A DNA stretch of 64,000 nucleotides from Candidatus Zixiibacteriota bacterium (GTDB taxonomy: Bacteria > Zixibacteria > MSB-5A5 > CAIYYT01), in NCBI GenBank assembly GCA_020853795.1, contig JADYYF010000088.1, positions 12,820 through 76,819 of the forward strand. The letters run 5' to 3'. The position numbers and the translations under genes are program-made. Below are positions 46,701 through 53,910 of the stretch, piece by piece (positions within the stretch are counted from its first letter, which is position 1; the number at the start of each line of letters is the position of its first letter). The notes under the pieces are model-generated. The model ran no database searches. It was given only the letters and a program-made list of their open reading frames with translations, and was not told the DNA's origin.

Positions 46701-47473
46701 GTATTGCCGATGAAGATATTATTCTGGATCAGAATTGCTGAATCCTGCATGGACGACGAACGGCCCACGACATGGATAGCGGCACCGTCACCTTGCAGGG
46801 AGCGGTTATCTTCGAAGATGTTATTAATGATTTTGGGTTCAGAGAACTCGCAGTCCATGGCCGCGCCGCGCGCGAAGGCGATATTCTGCGCGATATAGTT
46901 GTTGCTGATGATGGAGCGGGAGTACTGCATGGCGATTCCTGCGCCCCAGATATCGGATTCAACCGAACCGTTCTGGTAAATGCGGCAGTTGCGAATTTGC
47001 GGCGAGGAGTACACACCTTCCAATCCCTGCATACTGATTGCGGTCGGCCAATAGCGCGTAATCGTAAAGCCGTCGACGATCGTCGATTCCGAGATGCCGT
47101 AGCCGAAATAGAACGCCGTGCCGTCGCCGTTGCCGTCGAGGAAGGTCGAGTCGGCGCCGCCACGGCTCTTGAACACGACCGAGCCAAAGGTGATAGTGAG
47201 ATACTCCTGGTACGTTCCCGGCTTGACCATTACCGTGTCAGTGGCGTTGAAATTGCGCTGGTTATAGGCAAACTGGATCGTGCGGAAGGGATTGGCCTCG
47301 GTGCCGAAATTGGCGCCGACGGCATCGGTGCCGTTGGTTGCGACCCAAAGCAGGCGCGCTTGCGCCGTTGACGAGAGCAAGACCACGACAAGCAGGACGA
47401 AGATAACGATGTTGATTCGCCGATTACGGTGCGCCAATTTGGACCTCTCCATTTTCGATATACAAAACTCCAT
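43799..47473 (-). CDS. giant secreted multidomain protein. Domains: right-handed beta-helix, two PKD domains, Ig-like domains, a dockerin-like module and a T9SS C-terminal domain.
   Basis: Signal peptide. Repeated beta-helix NNxFxxN motifs. PKD signatures (WQFSDGGTST, WEWAFGDGGTST). Dockerin-like GDCNNDGNVNEADVLPL and DADGDGAIDIADLLTIAQNW. T9SS C-terminal domain NYPNPFNPQTQISYALP...GVYFYRL. The ATG at 47452 is an alternative start. Confidence 0.7.
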   Translation of the reverse strand: MEFCISKMERSKLAHRNRRINIVIFVLLVVVLLSSTAQARLLWVATNGTDAVGANFGTEANPFRTIQFAYNQRNFNATDTVMVKPGTYQEYLTITFGSVVFKSRGGADSTFLDGNGDGTAFYFGYGISESTIVDGFTITRYWPTAISMQGLEGVYSSPQIRNCRIYQNGSVESDIWGAGIAMQYSRSIISNNYIAQNIAFARGAAMDCEFSEPKIINNIFEDNRSLQGDGAAIHVVGRSSSMQDSAILIQNNIFIGNTAVQGHGGAVFLSDYTNANLFNNLFYRDSSLIATADGGGAIYRELFAQALIYNNIFVENYGTATNCFNGDTSFVFNNAFYQNIPIDFPQINCAQGAGNLEGVNPLFVNLAGGDFRLSSNSPLIDAGRNLPYWAHFNDFAGSSRFVGAANDIGPYENCKLAVEDFTWLPLTPCVGELVDFTPAYNAYWQTSIWNFGDGDVDTFYVWDEIMSPKTFLIAGDLTISATFMCETDTVTITRPITVLAAPQAAFTASDTTICVGTTVNFSSTSLGADLTFAWQFSDGGTSTTANPSHQFNIVGANNVRLIAANGCGEDTMLLAINVIDAPAAAVSGTPLTGSAPLQVNFTGSSDYPATGWEWAFGDGGTSTQQSPTYTYLRPGIYQVDLVASNECGTGDRDIRLDYIRATGFDLRLLAVDSLTAPLQRRFTINVDTLFGPYEYGINLNASVLQTPRRGTATVQLSSSQVLANQSFTATVTMSNDLAKGAYDLQVVAVSARNAPRDTIRLQFYSNPLSIAAVTPAVLDFGLVQEDETDIDTVYVNNRLQFPQDPLLSFTVSNVLSDEPQFTPLATASTAIQPGGVFKIPVRFDPTAIGPAQGTLRIVSNDPVAETLYVSLAAQAIPEQKPPKVVATVPAAEADHVLIGSDILIDLNEPLADSTLDAGRIDVRARLAQQQITGTFTVLNDNTRLRLVPAAKLPPYDTIIVRLLGTVRDQSGNSLDGNNNNLAEGSPVDDYVFRFVTGPAVYPGDCNNDGNVNEADVLPLGVFFGQEGPARNLYGEGNGWAPKQAQEWADPRATYADADGDGAIDIADLLTIAQNWSSSHQLIAPTLTDAVDFRQYAEGFRQLRPALAALSGSESGNRMLAIVSSLAAESVLPREFTLLQNYPNPFNPQTQISYALPEGCNVRLTVHNILGQTVRILVDSYEEAGFRSVTWDGTDQFGRSVSSGVYFYRLEAGSYSEIRKMLKLQ

Positions 47474-48224
47474 CCAACGGCAGCAAATCGCCGCGCCAGT
47501 TGACTAGTTGCAGCGTACTCGGATCGATATTGAGATGCGCCAATCCGGAGCCGACAGCGGTGAATGTCACTTGCAGCAAAGTCGCGTCCGCTGAGACGCC
47601 TTGTGGCTGCTGGTTGCCCTTCAAAGTATAACCCACGGCCAGGTAGTTCTCGCGTTCAACCGCAAAGAAGATCGGGTCGCGACCGGCAAAGAGATCTCCG
47701 GCTTCGAAGGCGGCGACTGACATCATGGTGGAATCAAATTCCAGTCGAAAACTCGCGCCGAAGAGTGAGTCAACGTTATAAATCCGTACCTGGAAAGTGG
47801 CCGAGTCGGCATCGGTCATGGCGTGATAGATTGGCGTCACCTTAATCATCGGAACTTGTGGTTCAAGATCGATGATGATCTCGGTTATCTGGCCACCCAA
47901 CACATCCGCCGTGCGGCTGCCGCTGTAGAGAGCCACCTCCTCGGCATCAAAAGCTGTCATCGTGAAGACGCGGTCCTCGCCGATCGGCACTTCCAGTTCA
48001 ATCGTCGCTTCGCCGTTTACCATTTCTGCCGACTGGGTGATGGTCTCCATGTCGGCGGCTGTCACGGCCAAGACTATGCCGGTGACATTGCTACCGACAC
48101 CCAAATCCTTGGCCAAGGCTGAAACCACGACTTCCCGGGCACTAGCCGACGAGGGCAGATTTCCTGAGCAGCCGGCGACCAGGAGCGCCGCGCCACCGAG
48201 CAAGAACAGAAGAAGATTGCGCAT
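47424..48224 (-). CDS. lipoprotein with a cohesin-like C-terminal domain
   Basis: Lipobox LLVAGCSG. The C-terminal approximately 140 aa (FQVRIYNVDSLFGASFRLEFDSTMMSV...ATLLQVTFTAVGSGLAHLNI...) fit the cohesin beta-sandwich sequence pattern. It overlaps the 3' end region of the giant dockerin-bearing gene. Confidence 0.45.
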   Translation of the reverse strand: MRNLLLFLLGGAALLVAGCSGNLPSSASAREVVVSALAKDLGVGSNVTGIVLAVTAADMETITQSAEMVNGEATIELEVPIGEDRVFTMTAFDAEEVALYSGSRTADVLGGQITEIIIDLEPQVPMIKVTPIYHAMTDADSATFQVRIYNVDSLFGASFRLEFDSTMMSVAAFEAGDLFAGRDPIFFAVERENYLAVGYTLKGNQQPQGVSADATLLQVTFTAVGSGLAHLNIDPSTLQLVNWRGDLLPLDGVLYIENGEVQIGAP

Positions 48225-49342
48225 CAGAAGCTAAACCTCCCTCCGAAAGTGAACTCAGTGCCGGAGACATCGATCTCCCGGTCTTGGGCGGCGTCCTTGT
48301 TGGCTTTGCCGTCGTGGAGCAACAAGCGGGCGAAGAAGGTGTAATGCTTGTTCGGAGCCGTATACTCCAGTCCTGCGCCATAGGAATAGACATCGGACTT
48401 GCCGAAGAAGTTGGTTGAACTCGATTCGTAATCGTTGGCGGACAGCGAGCGGTAGCCGCCGGTAACCGAAGCTCGCACCGTCGGGGCCAGCAGGTAGGAT
48501 AGCGTGCCGCCGAGAACCAACTTGTTGCTGTTGGAATTCTGTTCTTCAGTGGTCAGCGAATTGCCGAACAGGATCGAGTTCTTCTGGCGAGCGATGTAGC
48601 CTAAATACGCCTGCACTCCGGCTTTACCGAACTGGTTGCGTTGGCCCAGCAGAATCGACATCACGCCACCACTCTTAAAGACTTCGCGGCTCCCGACTTT
48701 GTCCGCCAGGTAGTAGCGGTACGACAGGTCAATATCGGTGCTCGACGTTTCGGTCGCGGAGGCGGTAGCGGAGAATTGGAGGCTGAACTCGTCGCCGGGA
48801 TTGTACTTCTCGCCGTTCTCCTGATAGGTAAAACCGCCATTGAGATTGTAGCTGACCGAGGCGCCGTAGGCAAGCCAGGCATTCGCTTCGGTAGCGAAGC
48901 CCAACTGCCCGATCAGGCCGAAGCCCTGAGTCACCTGCTTGACCGGCGTGGTCAAGTAATCATCAGAGATCAACTCCGCCAGCCGCACCTCCACCGTGTC
49001 CAACTCCGAGGTTCCGGAGGGAAGCTGGAGGCCGAGCGAAGCAAACATCCGGTCGTCGGCGAATGCGCGGTAGGCGCGCAGCGTCGTACCGGAAAATGAA
49101 GTCAGGGTCGCATCGAAATCGCCGTAATCGTAGTTTGAGCGGCTGATGGCGCTATTGAAGTGGACTTCCCAATTGTCCTGCAACGGGATCATTACCATGA
49201 AGGGGAAGGCTGACTGGGTGAGGTTAGTTTCCTCGCCGCCGGCAGTCAGCTTCCAGCTTTGGTAAACAACGCGCGCTGAAATTACTTTCGACTGGCCGTA
49301 CACGATTTGAGCGGTAAGATTCGCAGTCGCAAACAGAGTCAA
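48224..49342 (-). CDS. outer-membrane beta-barrel protein
   Basis: C-terminal ...GGRFSF. Alternating hydrophobic strands. The signal peptide is probably encoded from a non-ATG start just upstream (LIPTICALTLFATANLTAQ). Confidence 0.45.
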   Translation of the reverse strand: MTLFATANLTAQIVYGQSKVISARVVYQSWKLTAGGEETNLTQSAFPFMVMIPLQDNWEVHFNSAISRSNYDYGDFDATLTSFSGTTLRAYRAFADDRMFASLGLQLPSGTSELDTVEVRLAELISDDYLTTPVKQVTQGFGLIGQLGFATEANAWLAYGASVSYNLNGGFTYQENGEKYNPGDEFSLQFSATASATETSSTDIDLSYRYYLADKVGSREVFKSGGVMSILLGQRNQFGKAGVQAYLGYIARQKNSILFGNSLTTEEQNSNSNKLVLGGTLSYLLAPTVRASVTGGYRSLSANDYESSSTNFFGKSDVYSYGAGLEYTAPNKHYTFFARLLLHDGKANKDAAQDREIDVSGTEFTFGGRFSF

Positions 49343-49380
49343 AGCGCAGATCGTTGGAATCAGATAGCGATAACCAGGTT

Positions 49381-50685
49381 TCAGTTCGGCCTCCCTCGCA
49401 CAATCACGGTACCGCGGCTTTCGCGCGGCGCGACATATGGATTTTCATTTTCGGGAGCCACCCCGCGTGTCGATTCTTGCAGCCGCTGCATTACTTCGCT
49501 GCGATCGACTTGCTGCGCCGGTTGCTGTTCTTCGGTGCCGAGGCTGGTCAGTTCGACAACCTGGCTGATCGGTTTCAACTGGCCGTTATAGTCACTCAGG
49601 CCACCGAATTCCTGCAACGCTTGTTGCGCCAGACCGAAGTTCGGGTCTTCCTTGGCGGCTTCCTTGAACTCGGCCTCGGCCAGGGCATATCGTCCCTGGT
49701 CGACATATTCCAGCCCGCGCGAGTAAGCCACCAGCGCCAGCATCGATTCGGTTGCCGGTTTGGCAATCGCGTGGCGCAGTTCGGGGGTGATCTCATAGCC
49801 CATGGTCTGAATCAGATCAAGACTGAGGCGCTTCTGCATCTGGAAAAACTCATTGAGCTTCCCTTCCTGCTTCTGCGGATACTTCGCCATCCCGGGGCCG
49901 ACGTCGATAATGCCGGCGTCGATTTCCAGGCCGCTTTCGGAACGGCCGGTGAGTTTGCCGGTCACGACGCGCGCGGCACCAACCAGGCGGCCGACCCGGG
50001 GCGAGTGATACTTGTCGGAAAATTCCGTCTGGCTGAGTGCCAACTCCTTGCGCAATTGATCAAGTTCCAGCCGCTCCACCAGGCTGAGGCCTTCAACTTT
50101 TGCAAGATCGGCATAAACCAATTCGGCGATACCGCGCCCCAGAGGTTGGTATTGAGCGGGCAGCGAATCGGCGTCAAAACGAATCACCGCGACGGCGTTT
50201 GACGGGATCTTATCGGTATTGATGTTTTTCTCATTGGCCACGGCGCCGCTAACGATGGTCTTCAGATTCTGATCCTCTAACCACCGCAAGCGCTGTCGGA
50301 TCTCCGTCGCGATACGCGGGTCGTTCTTGCCGGAGACGTAAGTGCGGTACAGCGCCCGCGCCTCGTCATTCTTCCCCAGGCGCTCAAAGGTCATGCCTTG
50401 GTAAAGCGTCGTGGTGGCATCATCCGCCTTCAAACGCGCCGCCTGGTCCAGTGCGTTTTGCGCCTGCGTCAGGCTGTCGAGATTGAAGTACGCGATGCCC
50501 AGGGAACGCCAGGCTTCGGACTTGTTCGGAGAGGTTTCGGTCTCGCGCTGATAAACAGCGAGTGCCTTCTCATAATCGCCCCGCGACAGGGCGCGGGAGC
50601 CGGTACTTTGCCTGCCGGCGGCACAGCCGGCCACCAGGCCGGCCAGTGCGATCAGGACTGCCGCTTGGAGAAATCCGTTTCTCAT
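49381..50685 (-). CDS. TPR-repeat lipoprotein with a central CsgG/LpoB-like domain
   Basis: Lipobox GLVAGC. TPR-like helices flank a core AVIRFDADS...GRGIAELVYADLAKVEGLSLVERLELDQLRKELALSQTEF...VGRLVGAARVVTGKL typical of the CsgG-like fold. Confidence 0.5.
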   Translation of the reverse strand: MRNGFLQAAVLIALAGLVAGCAAGRQSTGSRALSRGDYEKALAVYQRETETSPNKSEAWRSLGIAYFNLDSLTQAQNALDQAARLKADDATTTLYQGMTFERLGKNDEARALYRTYVSGKNDPRIATEIRQRLRWLEDQNLKTIVSGAVANEKNINTDKIPSNAVAVIRFDADSLPAQYQPLGRGIAELVYADLAKVEGLSLVERLELDQLRKELALSQTEFSDKYHSPRVGRLVGAARVVTGKLTGRSESGLEIDAGIIDVGPGMAKYPQKQEGKLNEFFQMQKRLSLDLIQTMGYEITPELRHAIAKPATESMLALVAYSRGLEYVDQGRYALAEAEFKEAAKEDPNFGLAQQALQEFGGLSDYNGQLKPISQVVELTSLGTEEQQPAQQVDRSEVMQRLQESTRGVAPENENPYVAPRESRGTVIVRGRPN

Positions 50686-51692
50686 TGGGTATTCGACTTA
50701 ATCTCCAACTCTACGCGTTGCTTTTGCTCCGAGGCCAACACGAAATTCGGAGAGATTTCGAGCGCCTGGGCGAAGCACTTGTTTGCCTCTTCCAGTTTGC
50801 CCGCTTCGCGATAGGCCAGACCCTGACCGTAGAGGATCGTCGAAGCCAAACTGACGTCGGGAACGCGTCCGGATGCCTTCTTGATCGCCTCGGCCTGAAC
50901 GTTAAAGTAGGTCAAGATCGAATCGGCGACTTGGGTGATCAACTGACCGATCTTGCCTTCCTTGCCTTCGATATCCACGACTTTCTTCGGCAAACTGGTC
51001 TCGGTGTCGATGATGCGGGCAATGATCTTGACCTTATTGCCATCCATCTTCATGAAGGTACCGAAGACGAAGTTCTGCACGCCGACCAGCTTGCCAACCT
51101 GAACGCGGTTGTTCTGATCCGCCAGGTCGCTTTGAGAGAGTTTGAGTTCGTCGAAGATGTAATTGAAATTCTCGCGGGCCGGCACATAAACGACGCCGGA
51201 CTGCGTTAACGAGCTGTTGATCAACGCGGCGATCCCGACACCGGCGGTGGCATACTTCTCAGCATCCATGATCGAGCCGTTGTTGAAGTCGGAGGCAAAA
51301 ACGGTGACCGCTTTGGCCGCCTGCCCCGGTTTGAAGCCCGTATCGTTCACGAACTTGATCCAGGCGTGGCCAACCAGCTTTGGCTCTTTGTCGGGATTGA
51401 ACGCGGTGGTCGGGTCGAGCTTGACAAGCACGGCCAGGTAGTTCTGCGCCAAGTCGGGCTGTTTCGCCTGAGCAGCAGCGCGTGCCAATAGCTGGATGAT
51501 CTTGACGCTGTCGGGCGTGGTCATCCCCGGCGCGGCCAGCAGATCCTTGGCTTTCAGCACTACCTGATCAAATTGCGCGTCGTAGTAAAGGTTCTCTAAT
51601 TTCTTGAGATCGTCACTGACGGCGGCCGTAGCGTTTGCGACAAAGCAGACGGCGAGCACCAATGCGATCAGCGTCGTGGTTAGAGTCTTCAT
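50682..51692 (-). CDS. paralogous secreted TPR / CsgG-like domain protein
   Basis: Signal peptide. Core KAVTVFASDFNN...RVQVGKLVGVQNFVFGTF..GNKVKIIARIIDTETS with TPR-like ends. It overlaps the previous gene by 4 nt. Confidence 0.5.
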   Translation of the reverse strand: MKTLTTTLIALVLAVCFVANATAAVSDDLKKLENLYYDAQFDQVVLKAKDLLAAPGMTTPDSVKIIQLLARAAAQAKQPDLAQNYLAVLVKLDPTTAFNPDKEPKLVGHAWIKFVNDTGFKPGQAAKAVTVFASDFNNGSIMDAEKYATAGVGIAALINSSLTQSGVVYVPARENFNYIFDELKLSQSDLADQNNRVQVGKLVGVQNFVFGTFMKMDGNKVKIIARIIDTETSLPKKVVDIEGKEGKIGQLITQVADSILTYFNVQAEAIKKASGRVPDVSLASTILYGQGLAYREAGKLEEANKCFAQALEISPNFVLASEQKQRVELEIKSNTQ

Positions 51693-51745
51693 ACTGTTTT
51701 CCTTTCTTCAAACATCAGAAAGTTGACAAAATCACGCAAATCATT

Positions 51746-53728
51746 TTAGCGCTTGCGCAATGTAAACCGGACAACGTCATCCTGCCGAAGATTGACAAAC
51801 TGGGCGCGGCCACCGGTGCTGTAGTCCGGGTGCTCCACCCAGATCTTATGCGGTCCGGCCAACAGCTTGAGATTACAAGGAGTTTCTGTGTCCTCTATCT
51901 TGACGTTGTCCACAATGACTTGCGCCGCAACGCCCGGACCGTCGTTGGGTTCGCGAGCGCCGATACTCAGTTTGTATTCTTTGTTCTCCAACGAAAAGAC
52001 CTTGCTGGCTTCTGTGCCGGTCACCATCACCACATCTGTTAGCCTGCCCATATCGGTGACGATTCCGACCTCATGATTTCCTGGAGCGAGATCACCAAAT
52101 GTCACGGGTTGTCCATCATATTTTACGCCTTTTCCGTCGAAGATGACCTGAACCGGTTCGAAAATCTTGTAGTTTTCGACGGTTACGCGGATTGAACCCA
52201 GCGCCGTCGGGACTAATCCCTGTAATGTCAACGACTTGGATTCGACAGAATTGCCAATCCGAATCGTTTCGTTGACTGGTTTCATCTCTCGACCAGAAAC
52301 CTTGATTGCATAATCACCGGGGGCCAGGCCGGTGTAGTCCAGCGCTGTCCCCGTATACGCCTGACTCTGCCCGGCGAATTCAACGGTCACAGGCACAAAT
52401 GCCTGATAGTTGTTCAGAGTTAGTTTCAGACCGCCGGTAGCAGGCGTCTCCTGGAAACCGCGCCAAATTTTAATCAGCGCCGGTGGGAAACGACCCTCGG
52501 CAAAATCGAGCTTCGGGTTGGAACTGTAAAGGCCGCGCAGAAGTGTGGTTGCTTCAGTGATCTTCTGATTCATCAGCATTGCAGACGCCAGAAGTTGGAC
52601 GATTTCCTGTTGCTGCTGCGGTGACGCGCCCGATGAGTTCCGCAGATTGGTCAGCAGGGATTCAGCCAGGGGATATTGCTTGTCGGAGTAACGATCCATC
52701 GCCAGTTGCATGGAGTCGGCGAAGGTGGCTTGTGCCGGGAGCTTGCCGTCTTCCCTGCCGCTCAAGAGCATCACGCCCGCAACCACCGCTGCAACTATGA
52801 CCACGCCGATCAAGGCATACAGCCACTTGCGCGAACCGCCGGGCTTGGAGTACTCGACGGCGATCGTCTTGTCGAGGCTGGCGGTGTCGGTGCGCACAGT
52901 CTTGTCGTCGGTCCCCGTCAGCGGCAGGGCGCGGAGGGCCTGCGACATTTCGCCGGCACTCTGGTAGCGCTTCTCCGGCTTCTTCTCCAACGATTTCATT
53001 ACGATCTGCTCGAGCGGACGCGGTAAATCATTGCGGTACTGAAGAGGCGACGGCGGGTCTTTCTCCAAGTGACCGGACATGATTTCATAGTCGGTATCCG
53101 CCTCAAACGGCGTGTGCGCGGTCAAGACCTGATAAAGCGTGACGCCCACCGAATACAGGTCGCTGCGGTTGTCGATGTCTTTGCCGCGAATCTGCTCCGG
53201 TGACATGTAGAGCAGCGAGCCGGCACCGGTCCCGGTGCGGGTGAGCTTGGCGCTGCCGGCGACTTTGGCGATGCCGAAGTCGGTGATCTTGACCGTACCT
53301 GACTTGGTCAGCATGATGTTGGACGGTTTGATGTCGCGGTGAACTATCCCGTTTTGGTGGGCGTAGCCAAGCGCTGAGAGCAATTGGTCGAAGATGGGAA
53401 CGACTTCCGCCGCCGAAAGAAAGCGGCGGTCGCGCAGAACCTTGTCAAGATTCGTGCCGTCGACAAACTCCATCACGATGAAGTTGAGGCCGTCGAGTTG
53501 ATCGTAATCGTAGACGCGCACAATGTTGGGGTGCTCGAGCCGCGCCAACGCCAGCGCCTCGCGCTCGAAGTAAGCGGCCAGCATCTCATCGGAAGCGACT
53601 TGCGGATGAAGGATCTTGAGCGCGACCTGCTTCTGCAGCTTGGTGTGATACGCCAAGAAGACCGCCCCGAATCCCCCTTCGCCGAGCTTATCAATGATGT
53701 CGTATTTCCCGACGCGCTTTAAGTCCAT
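51746..53728 (-). CDS. Hanks-type Ser/Thr protein kinase with TM anchor and extracellular PEGA-domain repeats
   Basis: Kinase motifs GEGGFGAVF, VALK, HRDIKPSNIML and DFGIAK. TM segment LYALIGVVIVAAVVAGVML. PEGA-like repeats include GPHKIWVEHPDYSTGG and GDYAIKVSGREMKPV. Confidence 0.8.
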   Translation of the reverse strand: MDLKRVGKYDIIDKLGEGGFGAVFLAYHTKLQKQVALKILHPQVASDEMLAAYFEREALALARLEHPNIVRVYDYDQLDGLNFIVMEFVDGTNLDKVLRDRRFLSAAEVVPIFDQLLSALGYAHQNGIVHRDIKPSNIMLTKSGTVKITDFGIAKVAGSAKLTRTGTGAGSLLYMSPEQIRGKDIDNRSDLYSVGVTLYQVLTAHTPFEADTDYEIMSGHLEKDPPSPLQYRNDLPRPLEQIVMKSLEKKPEKRYQSAGEMSQALRALPLTGTDDKTVRTDTASLDKTIAVEYSKPGGSRKWLYALIGVVIVAAVVAGVMLLSGREDGKLPAQATFADSMQLAMDRYSDKQYPLAESLLTNLRNSSGASPQQQQEIVQLLASAMLMNQKITEATTLLRGLYSSNPKLDFAEGRFPPALIKIWRGFQETPATGGLKLTLNNYQAFVPVTVEFAGQSQAYTGTALDYTGLAPGDYAIKVSGREMKPVNETIRIGNSVESKSLTLQGLVPTALGSIRVTVENYKIFEPVQVIFDGKGVKYDGQPVTFGDLAPGNHEVGIVTDMGRLTDVVMVTGTEASKVFSLENKEYKLSIGAREPNDGPGVAAQVIVDNVKIEDTETPCNLKLLAGPHKIWVEHPDYSTGGRAQFVNLRQDDVVRFTLRKR

Positions 53729-53910
53729 TTAAGTTTTACGCTTCCAGCTACTTAGTCATTACGGGTCCAGCTTTAATTGTTATCGGCATTTTGGTGCAGG
53801 GTCAACAAAAAACCACGACCTTTCTGCGAACTTCGAGCCGTCGCAGTCCAGAAATGACTCACCCCGATCGGCTTCGACCGGGGTGGAAATTCCTAAAATT
53901 GTCGTTTGGC

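Noticed and set aside
53729-53910. Hairpin CCCCGATCGGCTTCGACCGGGG downstream of the first gluzincin as a terminator
   Set aside because: The stem has an internal mismatch and only a weak T-tract follows, so it was not listed as a feature.
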